Shown here: piece by piece, positions 18,861 to 27,550 of the stretch | Position numbering within the stretch: position 1 is the first letter of the stretch | How the letters are laid out: every line of letters begins with the position of its first letter | Source of the DNA: a virus | DNA length: 64,000 bases | Direction: 5' to 3' (one strand) | Virus record (IMG/VR): IMGVR_UViG_3300047510_002509 | Translations under genes and position numbers: made by a program | The notes under the pieces: generated by a model | What the model was told of the DNA's origin: nothing | Databases searched by the model: none | Seen by the model: the letters and a program-made list of their open reading frames with translations, nothing else

Positions 18861-19326
18861 AAACGCACTAGCCCTACTGGGTATAAGTGCCGAAGAAGCA
18901 GTCGAGACAGATGAAAAGCTGACTCGCAAACCAAGTCGTGACAAACGGATTTGCCTTTGTGGTCACGCAGTAAACAAACACTCGACTGATGCAGGTCTTG
19001 TGATATGTGTACCAAGCCGATACAACTGCCCATGTAAAAATATTCGAGCAGTTGTACAAGCTGAAGACACCAGACTGTTCTTGAGAAAGACCAGTGGTCC
19101 TGGAGCAGAACACGCTCTAACTCGTGGACTAGCCGCTTCCTTTAGTGCAGACAAAGGGGTCGAATGGATAGAAACTCCTAAGTGTGACAAATGTGGGATT
19201 GAAGCAACTCCAGCAGGTGACGTGAGAATTAGTCCTGTTGCTGTCACTGAATATAAAACAGTTTCTAATGAAGCCACTGGATACGATGCTCTTCTATGTG
19301 ATACTTGCCTTGAGGAGATACGATGA
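18847..19326 (+). CDS. Cys-rich zinc-binding protein
   Basis: CLCGH...H, CPC, CDKC, CDTC. Confidence 0.7.
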   Translation: MTDARNALALLGISAEEAVETDEKLTRKPSRDKRICLCGHAVNKHSTDAGLVICVPSRYNCPCKNIRAVVQAEDTRLFLRKTSGPGAEHALTRGLAASFSADKGVEWIETPKCDKCGIEATPAGDVRISPVAVTEYKTVSNEATGYDALLCDTCLEEIR

Positions 19327-19613
19327 AAGAAGACATTAGAAGAGTTCTTCTGAACTATGTGATAAACCAAAAACTAAACGAACAAGTCATGCTTGAACTT
19401 GACGTTGCCCTTAAACAAATCATTGACAACTGGATGGAGTCTAAAACAGACAAACTCCAAGAAATGATAAAAACTTGGGAAGACTCCATTGGGAGTGAGG
19501 ATGGCAGTCTCTACAGTTTGGGGTTAAGACGAGCAGTTGACATCATCACTGACACTGACGTCTTTGCCCAATTACCTGTTTTAGAGAAGCCAGACACTCC
19601 TGATGAAGCCTAG
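19323..19613 (+). CDS. Hypothetical protein
   Basis: GAGGAG SD, ATGA overlap. Confidence 0.7.
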   Translation: MKEDIRRVLLNYVINQKLNEQVMLELDVALKQIIDNWMESKTDKLQEMIKTWEDSIGSEDGSLYSLGLRRAVDIITDTDVFAQLPVLEKPDTPDEA

Positions 19614-19914
19614 CTGCCCTAACTGTCAAAACGGTAGTTGCTACCACATCGAAGACAGTAAAAAACTTGCCAAACAAGAAATCACCTATGACGGTGACGT
19701 TCAATTTAACATCCGACAAGTTCACTACTTGGAGGAGTTTTCCCACTGGGAGGGTGAGCTTTTGGTCAAAGGTGAAGTCTTCTGTGAGGGCACTGCTCCA
19801 ACCTTCTGGGGAGTTCATGACATCTTGACCGAGTACATTTTCGATCAAACGGTTAAAGACGACCATCCAGTTCTAGACCACAATTGGTTCAAAGAAGACG
19901 CTAATGCCAATTGA
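19603..19914 (+). CDS. Hypothetical protein
   Basis: Overlapping operon ORF. Confidence 0.6.
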   Translation: MKPSCPNCQNGSCYHIEDSKKLAKQEITYDGDVQFNIRQVHYLEEFSHWEGELLVKGEVFCEGTAPTFWGVHDILTEYIFDQTVKDDHPVLDHNWFKEDANAN

Positions 19915-20128
19915 AATTTGGTCTTGGATTCTGGCAATCATCGGTGTAGCAGGAATATACTTTGTCGGTAAGAGAACCCTTTGGGGATGGTTCGTCCTTC
20001 TTTTGAATGAGGTCCTTTGGACAATTTATGCCATCCTCACCGACCAGTATGGGTTTATTTTTTCAGCAATCGCTTACGCTGTTGTCTACATCAAGTCTTG
20101 GCACTCATGGCGAAAAGAAGACGTTTGA
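19904..20128 (+). CDS. Short PnuC-like 3-TM membrane protein
   Basis: WSWIL..IG..G.Y..G....WGW......LW..YA...QYG. Confidence 0.6.
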   Translation: MPIEIWSWILAIIGVAGIYFVGKRTLWGWFVLLLNEVLWTIYAILTDQYGFIFSAIAYAVVYIKSWHSWRKEDV

Positions 20129-20347
20129 CCCTTAGACACGCCGAGTGAAATCACTTTTTATTTAGACCCCTCACGCTTAACTTCAAAACCAAAAACCCTA
20201 ATAACTCACGCTTATTTTTGACAATTGACCCGACAATTTGTTTATAAAGGGTGTGTTTCTCACACCATTTTTGAAAAAAACTTTTTGACTAGTCGTGCTA
20301 TTTTGTATTCCAAGTAGAAACTAAAAAACCCTACTTGGAAAGATAAC

Positions 20348-20656
20348 GTGATGAACAAAGCAGCAATCGAGTCCTACCTCCGCAACCTTGCGGGTCAGGT
20401 CATCGGCGCAGTAATGATTGTCAGCCAGACCAGCGGTGTGGGCTCCCCACTCGACTTCTCTGGTTCAGAATGGCTCCTTGTAGCCAACGCACTTTGGGCC
20501 TCTATCATCCCAACCGCACTTCGCTGGTTGAACAAGAAGGACCCAGCCTTCGGACGTATCGCAGCAGTTGCGGCAGCCGAAGTAACCAAGAAGCTAGCCG
20601 CCGAAGCTGAGAAGGCGAAAGCCCCAGCCAAGAAGGCTCCAGCCAAGAAGAAGTAA
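20348..20656 (+). CDS. Holin-like membrane protein with Lys/Ala tail
   Basis: SYLR..., P.ALRWLN.KDPAFG, AKKAPAKKK tail. Confidence 0.55.
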   Translation: MMNKAAIESYLRNLAGQVIGAVMIVSQTSGVGSPLDFSGSEWLLVANALWASIIPTALRWLNKKDPAFGRIAAVAAAEVTKKLAAEAEKAKAPAKKAPAKKK

Positions 20657-20659
20657 ATT

Positions 20660-20842
20660 ATGCCAATGACACCAGAGGAACTAGAAGCTCACGTAGCAAC
20701 AGAGCTTGAACTTAAAGCCGAGATTGAGGCTTTGGTGGAACGGCTGCGTAACTCGGAGTACCGAACCAAAACTGAAAAAGCGTACTACGCAGACCTATTG
20801 GCTTCCAAGCGTCAGGAGCTCAGGGTTCACTTGGGCTTGTAG
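20660..20842 (+). CDS. Small coiled-coil protein
   Basis: ORF in the same frame as the next gene. Confidence 0.6.
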   Translation: MPMTPEELEAHVATELELKAEIEALVERLRNSEYRTKTEKAYYADLLASKRQELRVHLGL

Positions 20843-20932
20843 GGGGTAAAAATTTCAGACAACGACCTCCAGCTTTTCAACGGCAAAAGCGAAGAAGAAC
20901 CAAACGAACCGCTTATCGACACTCCTGTCGAC

Positions 20933-21847
20933 ATGCGGCCCGACCTGTCCGAATATGGTCTTATAGAACATGACCGCGGCATCGTCGAAGATACCTATGA
21001 GAACCGCTCCCTCTTGCGAGCGCACTCTTTCCAGTGGGTACCCGTCTATACAGAGAACGGACATCCAACTGGGTTAATCGAGGCCCGCTCCCTTGAGCAG
21101 ATGAAGGAACGGCGACTGATGTCGCTGTCCAGCAAAAGGGCCCTTCTCACTGAGCCACTTCAGAATAACTCCGACTACTTGACGGGTCTGGATCTGGTTG
21201 TAGATTCCGAGGCCTGCAAACTTGTACCTCCTTGGGTACTCGGCGCGACCCGCGCCTATATAAAAGAGCAGGAAGATGGTGGCCCGCTAACGGCTCGGCG
21301 AGCGCCGAAAGCTCTACCCGCCCGCTGCCGTGCGTATACCTCTGAGGGTATCCGCTGTATGTTGTGGTCATCTGGACGTCTGAAAGATGACGGCTTGTGT
21401 CGCCTACACCTCGGCGCGAACAAGAAGACGGGCGCGGACATTGAACGGGCTCGCAAGAAGCTAATGCAATCCGCACCTTACGCTGTGGACAAACTTGAAG
21501 AACTTATGGAGAACGCTGTTTCTGAGCCAGTCAAGCTCAAGGCGGCAACGGAGATTCTCGACCGTGCTGGTATTCGTGCTGGTATGGAAATTGATATCGG
21601 CGTGGAGCTTAAGGATGCTCGTACCCCCGCTGAGATTATCGCTGAACGGCTTGAGCGTCTGAAAGCTGGAGCGGTTGTGATTCAAGGCGAGCTCGTTGAT
21701 CGAACTTCCACACAAGATGCGGAAGTTGTTCTGGAGCTGGATCAGGATCCCCCTAAAATTTTTACCCCCCAGGCTGAAGCGGCCTCGACATCGGAACAAC
21801 TTGAAACACCAGCCATATCGGCGGAGGAGCTAGAGGAGCTACAGTGA
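20933..21847 (+). CDS. Terminase small subunit-like protein
   Basis: C.A....G.RC......GLC.LH.G zinc motif, then A...L..L.....E.V.LKAA.EILDRAG; frame is open upstream to 20843. Confidence 0.55.
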   Translation: MRPDLSEYGLIEHDRGIVEDTYENRSLLRAHSFQWVPVYTENGHPTGLIEARSLEQMKERRLMSLSSKRALLTEPLQNNSDYLTGLDLVVDSEACKLVPPWVLGATRAYIKEQEDGGPLTARRAPKALPARCRAYTSEGIRCMLWSSGRLKDDGLCRLHLGANKKTGADIERARKKLMQSAPYAVDKLEELMENAVSEPVKLKAATEILDRAGIRAGMEIDIGVELKDARTPAEIIAERLERLKAGAVVIQGELVDRTSTQDAEVVLELDQDPPKIFTPQAEAASTSEQLETPAISAEELEELQ

Positions 21848-22044
21848 CAAACGAACAACTTCTTGAATTGGCGCAGCGGCACGCAGAGCGTCTGGAAAAT
21901 GACATCAAGCTGGCCCGCACAAGAGATGAACATATCCGTGTAACGGCACGGGCTAATGAAGCCGCTGAGATGGTAAACGGCTTGCTGGGAATTAAAGACG
22001 GTGAGCCTGACCGCAATAGTCGCGGCATGGGATTTATAGATTAA
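21844..22044 (+). CDS. Hypothetical protein
   Basis: GAGGAG SD, GTGA overlap. Confidence 0.6.
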   Translation: MTNEQLLELAQRHAERLENDIKLARTRDEHIRVTARANEAAEMVNGLLGIKDGEPDRNSRGMGFID

Positions 22045-22085
22045 TTACTAAACTATGCTAGGTGCTAGCATAGTTAGTAATTAAT
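22040..22085. repeat. Near-perfect 46-bp AT-rich palindrome
   Basis: ATTAATTACTAAACTATGCTAG-GTG-CTAGCATAGTTAGTAATTAAT, 21-bp arms with one bulge. Confidence 0.9.
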
Positions 22086-22107
22086 AGTTTGTCAAGAGGA
22101 GAACGGC

Positions 22108-22185
22108 ATGGCTTACGCAGACGGTGACTGTACGAGAGAGCCTATGCCAAAAGACGGCGTGTCAGATATGGATGACCTGCTATGA
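22108..22185 (+). CDS. 25-aa microprotein
   Basis: GAGGAG SD; MAYADGDCTREPMPKDGVSDMDDLL. Confidence 0.45.
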   Translation: MAYADGDCTREPMPKDGVSDMDDLL

Positions 22186-22530
22186 CAACGGATTGCTTCT
22201 GGTGCGGCGAGGAAGTTAATCGGGACGGCGTGTGCAAAAGCTGCGCAGCAGCCCCATTGCCCGATGCCACCACTTCCGAATAACGGCTCGCCCTACAACG
22301 AGGTATGCACCCACACTTCCTGTGAAAGCGGCGAGCAACGGCAAGAGATGATGCAGACCCCAGTCACCTGACGGGTCGGCATGCGCAAGAATTGAAATCA
22401 TTCTTTAATACTAACGGTATGCACGTAGAACTTAGCCCGTAAGTACAACGGTATGTCGTGTAGTAATTTACACCTAAATTACAACGGTAATACTGCAGGA
22501 AGGTTTAGCTGCAGCTTAAGATCCGATCCC

Positions 22531-22955
22531 AACTTCCAAATAACTTTGCCAAGCTAGCGGCCTGGCGTTTTCGCATGAACGCACGAAAAAAGTGCAGGAA
22601 AATGTAACCGCTCGGTGACAACAGCAGGTGTACGTACACTCAACATCCAAATAACTTTTATGCAGCCGCAGCGGATCAGAGCTGTAGGGGGTAAAAATTT
22701 CTGATCCATCGGGCCCGAAGCTGTTGAACTTCCAAATAACTTTGGGTAACGGCCCGCCGCCAGATCAGATTTTTTTACCCCTGAAGCTGCAGCAGCTCCA
22801 GATCAGATTCAACATCCAAATAACTCAGTGCACAAAAAATCCGCTGTTCAAAAATCCTTGACAAGACTTGACAAGGGGTAGTAGGCTAGGTTTCGCAACG
22901 CGGGCGCCGCGAAACTAAAAAGGGCCCGATCAGATCTAACTTCCAAATAACTTTT
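22531..22955 (+). repeat. Array of five direct repeats AACWTCCAAATAACT(TT)
   Basis: Copies start at 22531, 22642, 22727, 22811 and 22938. Confidence 0.9.
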
Positions 22956-23024
22956 ACCATCTCAAGCTGCAGCACCAGGTGCACGCCACTTGCGCAGATA
23001 AAAAATTTATAATAGAGTTGCGGC

Positions 23025-23321
23025 ATGATAGAGACGCTCATACTGTGGAAGCTTTGGAACATAGAAGACAAAATTGAAGGCGAGCCTTCTGGGGAAGATG
23101 GGTATCTCTGGATGGTGATGCTCGGTTCTTTGCTCTGGCCTGTTGGTATCTACTTTGTTGTACGTGAATACTTTGGCAGGTCTAAGTGGCTCGCTCTTTT
23201 TGCGGCGGCAGGGATTGGGTTGCTTACCATCCTTGTGCTACCCGTGTATTTACTCATCTCTTTGATTCTGGTTATTTACGGATTTTCTTTTCTAGATAAG
23301 CTTGACAAAGATGTCAGGTAG
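23025..23321 (+). CDS. Membrane protein (leaderless)
   Basis: TTGCGC-17-TAGAGT-6-ATG; hydrophobic segments. Confidence 0.7.
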   Translation: MIETLILWKLWNIEDKIEGEPSGEDGYLWMVMLGSLLWPVGIYFVVREYFGRSKWLALFAAAGIGLLTILVLPVYLLISLILVIYGFSFLDKLDKDVR

Positions 23322-23331
23322 GTAATAGAAT
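23302..23331 (+). promoter_or_regulatory. Early-type promoter with TGTCAGG spacer box
   Basis: TTGACA-18-TAGAAT. Confidence 0.8.
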
Positions 23332-23376
23332 AACTAACGGAACAAGAGTTCCATACAAAACGATGAAAGGACACCC

Positions 23377-23679
23377 ATGTCAACGATTACAAAAGTAGCG
23401 GCTTTACCCCAGTGTGATTTCTGCACAGAGAAGGCCCGCTTTGACGGCATGACTATTTACGGCCCGTGGGGCAATATGTGTGAACCACACTTTGATACAT
23501 ACGGCGTCGGACTTGGACTCGGCAAGGGCCAGCGGCTCGTCGAAGAAGGAGAAGATGTTGTGATGTCGTGGGGCGAGCTCGCGGATCTCAATCACGGCAA
23601 GCAGGTAGAACTGTTTGGGTTTTGCACCTGTGAAGACGGCCCGTCTGTGTATGAGGACTGCAACGGAGGGAGGGACTAA
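23377..23679 (+). CDS. Cys-rich hypothetical protein
   Basis: CDFC...D..T..GPW..MC..HF...G.GLG.GKGQ; ACGATGAAAGGA leader. Confidence 0.8.
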   Translation: MSTITKVAALPQCDFCTEKARFDGMTIYGPWGNMCEPHFDTYGVGLGLGKGQRLVEEGEDVVMSWGELADLNHGKQVELFGFCTCEDGPSVYEDCNGGRD

Positions 23680-23813
23680 TGCGCGGATACGTTGAATGGC
23701 TTGAGAGCCAAGAGCGAGACGGCTTGGGAACAAGCCACGAAGATTGGATTGACTCGCACCTAGAGAAAGCGGATGCGGCACGGGATAGGGAGACGGATGA
23801 GACTACCGAATAA
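23679..23813 (+). CDS. 44-aa acidic protein (not in ORF track)
   Basis: GGAGG SD, TAATG coupling. Confidence 0.55.
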   Translation: MRGYVEWLESQERDGLGTSHEDWIDSHLEKADAARDRETDETTE

Positions 23814-24213
23814 GTTGTACCACGCCGCACCTGAGTGCGTGCTCATAAATATTCAAACGGAGGGATTGAAATCTAACTTCGGAGAAATCTATGCGGCAAG
23901 CACTCCAGCGGATGCAATGAACTTTATGTGGTTCAGACTTCTTGACCACCCGCACTACCAGTTCGAGAACGGCAAGGTAGTCGGCATGGAACTAGAACGG
24001 CATGACCGTATCTACGTATTTGAAATTTCAACTAACCGCACAAACAAAGAACGTTGGGAAGTTGGGACGGATCACAGCTCAAAATTTTTTGGCGGCGCGG
24101 AGAGTTGGGTGTACGGAGGTAAAAATATCGAACGGCGTGCCATAAGCGACATCACATACTTCTCACGAGAGATGATTGAAACGGCAAGCAGATCCGCTGC
24201 AGCGTCGAACTAA
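23797..24213 (+). CDS. ADP-ribosyltransferase-fold-like protein
   Basis: LYHAA...I..EGL...IYAA..A...W.Y...I pattern. Confidence 0.45.
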   Translation: MRLPNKLYHAAPECVLINIQTEGLKSNFGEIYAASTPADAMNFMWFRLLDHPHYQFENGKVVGMELERHDRIYVFEISTNRTNKERWEVGTDHSSKFFGGAESWVYGGKNIERRAISDITYFSREMIETASRSAAASN

Positions 24214-24276
24214 CATTCAAATAACTACGGTAAGCCCGTGGAGCTCACATTGAGCCCACGGGTTTATTATTTTGTC

Positions 24277-24468
24277 ATGGGTAAAAAAGAACGGGATGAA
24301 CTCAAGCGTCGCATCAAAGGCGTGCCTGGGAACTACGTGCAGAACCAGAAGGCACAGGTCTTTGAAGACCGCCGCACAAAGCGGCTTCGTACCCGTGGGG
24401 TAAAAAACGATAACGCAATTCAAGAATCGTTGATGTCTGATCGCGATCCGCGTCCAACTTCTGAATAA
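24277..24468 (+). CDS. Small basic protein (leaderless)
   Basis: TATTAT-6-ATG; DRRTKRLRTR motif. Confidence 0.65.
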   Translation: MGKKERDELKRRIKGVPGNYVQNQKAQVFEDRRTKRLRTRGVKNDNAIQESLMSDRDPRPTSE

Positions 24469-24568
24469 CTTGGCAATGCCGCCAGGGCCCTCCAGGTTGA
24501 TGGAACTTCCAAATAACTTTCGCTTTTCAAATCTCGCATTTGCTGACTGAACGACACGCCCAAAAAGT

Positions 24569-24608
24569 TTGACAAAGAACTTGACAAAGTGCAGGAAAAT
24601 AATAGAAT
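24569..24608 (+). promoter_or_regulatory. Early promoter with tandem TTGACA and TGCAGGAA box
   Basis: TTGACA-aagTGCAGGAAaataa-TAGAAT; GACACGCC upstream. Confidence 0.8.
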
Positions 24609-24655
24609 GTATTTTGTCTAGGGTTTCCTAGAAAAGTAGAGTAAGGAAAATAAAA

Positions 24656-24898
24656 ATGGCGACAGTTCAAGACCTAATCAAGATGCTTCAAAAAGAATAC
24701 GACCCAACTCAGGCAATCGTCTTTCAATACTTCACAGCAGAGCACGCTGGACTGGAGGAAGAAGAGTTTGTAGAAGTTGCAGACTATCTAATGGATAACG
24801 ACTCATTCGGAGAAGAAACTTCAGAGATGTTTAGTGGCTGGATTACCGAAGCCCAAGATGTTCTAGCAACAGTAGAAGATGAAGAAGAGGAGGATTAA
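24656..24898 (+). CDS. Acidic hypothetical protein
   Basis: AAGGA SD. Confidence 0.75.
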   Translation: MATVQDLIKMLQKEYDPTQAIVFQYFTAEHAGLEEEEFVEVADYLMDNDSFGEETSEMFSGWITEAQDVLATVEDEEEED

Positions 24899-24900
24899 AA

Positions 24901-25071
24901 ATGACAAATTACAAAATCTATGCGACCCTCACCAGAGAGTATGTGGTTGAGGTAGGCGAAGCACAGAGCGAAGATGACGCTATCAACAAACTTGATGACT
25001 GGATTTCAGATGACTTCGAGGATTATGAAATCACAGCCAAGTGGGACTTTGTTGCTGTTCCCTCTGAATAA
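24901..25071 (+). CDS. 56-aa acidic protein (not in ORF track)
   Basis: GAGGAGG SD; MTNYKIYATLTREYVVEV..AQSEDDA. Confidence 0.7.
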   Translation: MTNYKIYATLTREYVVEVGEAQSEDDAINKLDDWISDDFEDYEITAKWDFVAVPSE

Positions 25072-25148
25072 CACTTGACAAATAGTCATAAATAAGTAAT
25101 AATAGTTTCATCCCGAAAGGGATTTCCAAAACGACGAAAAGAGGAAAA

Positions 25149-25871
25149 ATGCCAAACTGGGTATTCAATACTATGTCTATCACAGGAAAAGAAGAAGACC
25201 TCAAGAAGTTTGTTGAGAAGGCGAAGAAGCCTCACAACACTTATTGGGAAGACTGGAAAACAAAAGAAATCAAAGAAGAAATCGACGACAGAGTTATTTC
25301 TTTTTGGAACTTCATCAAACCAGAAAACGAGCAACTTTATTTTGGGGCGAGCGATTACAAGCCAGAGGGTTATGACCAACTGACTGATGCCGAGAAGATG
25401 GCTCTTTCAATGTCATTCAAATCAGATGGTTGGTATGACTGGAACATCCGCAACTGGGGAACTAAGTGGGATACAAGCGACCCATACCTTGAAGACAACA
25501 GCAAGAAGGGCGAGGTTCAATACCAGTTCTCTACGGCTTGGAGTCCTGCCGAAGGTGCTTACCGAGCAATGGTTGAGCAACACCCAGAACTGACTTTTGA
25601 TTTCCACTGTGAAGAAGAGCAAGGCTGGGGCGTGAAGTATGCTGGCGAGAGTGGCGAGTTGGTTGTAGTTGAAGAGTGGGACATCCCGAACAGCCACGCC
25701 GACTACAAAGAGCGTGATAACGAGGACGGATGTGTCTGCTCTTGGGATGCCGACGACCCCGAGAACTGGTATGACGACTGCCCAAACAAGGCGGAGCAGG
25801 TAGCCAAGTTAGTTGAAGGCACGGAGGAAGTTGTTGCTAAGTTTGAAGACATCAGCGAGATGATTGTCTAA
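25149..25871 (+). CDS. DUF1281/YubB ferredoxin-like domain protein
   Basis: MPNW..N; WYDWNI.NWGTKWD; F.TAWSP. Confidence 0.8.
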   Translation: MPNWVFNTMSITGKEEDLKKFVEKAKKPHNTYWEDWKTKEIKEEIDDRVISFWNFIKPENEQLYFGASDYKPEGYDQLTDAEKMALSMSFKSDGWYDWNIRNWGTKWDTSDPYLEDNSKKGEVQYQFSTAWSPAEGAYRAMVEQHPELTFDFHCEEEQGWGVKYAGESGELVVVEEWDIPNSHADYKERDNEDGCVCSWDADDPENWYDDCPNKAEQVAKLVEGTEEVVAKFEDISEMIV

Positions 25872-25962
25872 AGACGGCACGGCGTGGGGTGGGGTAAAAA
25901 GCCCCACCCTCTGCCGACGGCAGGGTAGGATTGGATTTACAAACGGAAGGGTAAAAAACGGC

Positions 25963-26304
25963 ATGTCTAAAGAAGAAAACATTGTTGATGCGGAGCTCGT
26001 CGCAGGCGAGGATTTCGAGGTAAAAATTATCGATCCGCAGCCTATCGAGCGTAGCTTGCACTACTTCGCGCTTGACGGGAACTACGGTAACGCGAGTGGC
26101 ATGCTCGTGCTAGAGACTACGTACTGGAGAGATGTCGACTGGGAGATTCTGGAGTCAGCATCTGATGACCAGCGCGCCAATGTCGCACGGTTGATTACTG
26201 AGTCATACGAGAAGCCTGAAGACATGACGGTGCTGTATGACAAGTTCGAGCAGTACGGTATTGACCTTGATGATTTTATGCCGCGAGACCAGCTTGACAG
26301 CTAG
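25963..26304 (+). CDS. Acidic hypothetical protein
   Basis: Start reassigned to MSKEEN behind GGAAGGG. Confidence 0.7.
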   Translation: MSKEENIVDAELVAGEDFEVKIIDPQPIERSLHYFALDGNYGNASGMLVLETTYWRDVDWEILESASDDQRANVARLITESYEKPEDMTVLYDKFEQYGIDLDDFMPRDQLDS

Positions 26305-26468
26305 GCCTCACGTAGGGTAAAAATATAGAACTGCCGCGGGTTTCTTCGTCGTTATCCCGTGTGCCACACCTGAGCATGTGTAAAAACTGCTCACTATCCT
26401 TTTCTGGCGAGCGCCGATGTCCCCCAAAGAGGGGACAGGAAATAAATCAAAAAGTTATTGCGTTCTAC

Positions 26469-26497
26469 TTGACACGATTGCAGGAAGATGCAATAAT
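26469..26497 (+). promoter_or_regulatory. Early promoter with TGCAGGAA box
   Basis: TTGACA-17-AATAAT. Confidence 0.75.
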
Positions 26498-26536
26498 TAT
26501 CTCAATGCGAAAGCAGAAACGACGAAAGGAAAAATT

Positions 26537-27025
26537 ATGGGATACACCCACTACTATAAAAGAAGTCTTGATAGCAACGACCCAGAACTTTACGACAAGG
26601 TTCGTAAAGGTTTCACAGAGTTAGTAAAAAATGCCGAACTCAATGGCATTACAGTTGCAGATGCTTTTGGAGAAAAAGCTGGCGCATGGCAAGCAGATGG
26701 CGAGCGCATCGCTTTCAATGGTCTTGGAGAAGAGAGTTGCGAAACTTTTTCTTTCTCTCAGATTGTTCCACCTCAACCTCATTGGCGCGAAAACGAAAAA
26801 ACTTTTTTCGATTTCACAAAGACTAATTATCGTCCATACGATGCTCTAGTCTGCGCGACCCTAATCCTTATCAAAGAGGTTTATGGTTCACAGGTTGAGA
26901 TTTCCTCAGATGGTGGTTGGGACGATTGGGCAGATGGCTATGAACTTTACTTCTCAACCTTTAGAAACCCAATGACACCTGAAAAACTTTTTGCCGAAGA
27001 ACTTGCTTTTTTGGCAGGAAAGTAG
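26537..27025 (+). CDS. Conserved phage protein (MGYTHY family)
   Basis: MGYTHY...I.FNG...ETF...F.KT...PYD..V...L...SSDG; ACGACGAAAGGA leader. Confidence 0.8.
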   Translation: MGYTHYYKRSLDSNDPELYDKVRKGFTELVKNAELNGITVADAFGEKAGAWQADGERIAFNGLGEESCETFSFSQIVPPQPHWRENEKTFFDFTKTNYRPYDALVCATLILIKEVYGSQVEISSDGGWDDWADGYELYFSTFRNPMTPEKLFAEELAFLAGK

Positions 27026-27066
27026 TAGATTAGTTTTCACTAGCACCAACGACGAAAGGACACCCA

Positions 27067-27525
27067 ATGCTAGATAACACGAAAGATGTTCAGGGCGTAG
27101 GCGTTTACGCCGAGTTCCGTAAGCCCGGAGCAACAATGCAAATCATTGTCACACCTGATGGATACACAACTGATGGGAAAGATGTTCCTGCCAATTTGTT
27201 CCGTCGAGTAGTGACACCAGCATCACCTAAGAAACAATGGCGCAACAATGCAATTCCTAATCACGCGATTACAGAATTGAGTGGAGTGGCACTTGGTGAT
27301 GAAAAGAAAGAGGCTTTTGCTTCCCAGCGTTTGTTTTTTGCGATTGACTTGTTTGATGCAATAAACAATGGTGGGTGGGAAATTGTCAAAGACGCTTTTC
27401 TTGTTGAAGTTTCCAAAAAAGATTTGGAAGATGTTCGGACAGGAAAGACACCCAACAAACTTCTCTATCGCATTGGTTTGGTTAGAGAAGCCAACGAGTT
27501 CCCACAAGAACTAATACCAGCGTAA
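27067..27525 (+). CDS. Hypothetical protein
   Basis: ACGACGAAAGGA leader; promoter TTGCTT-17-TAGATT at 27003. Confidence 0.8.
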   Translation: MLDNTKDVQGVGVYAEFRKPGATMQIIVTPDGYTTDGKDVPANLFRRVVTPASPKKQWRNNAIPNHAITELSGVALGDEKKEAFASQRLFFAIDLFDAINNGGWEIVKDAFLVEVSKKDLEDVRTGKTPNKLLYRIGLVREANEFPQELIPA

Positions 27526-27550
27526 AGACGACGAAAGGACATAGGGAAAA

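Noticed and set aside
20840-20842. Genome-wide TAG recoding
   Set aside because: TAG ends many well-defined genes (RNR, halogenase, vWA) and long ORFs are intact under the standard code.
22531-22955. CRISPR array
   Set aside because: Repeats are only about 17 bp, spacers are 67-110 bp, uneven and share motifs, and there are no cas genes in the window.
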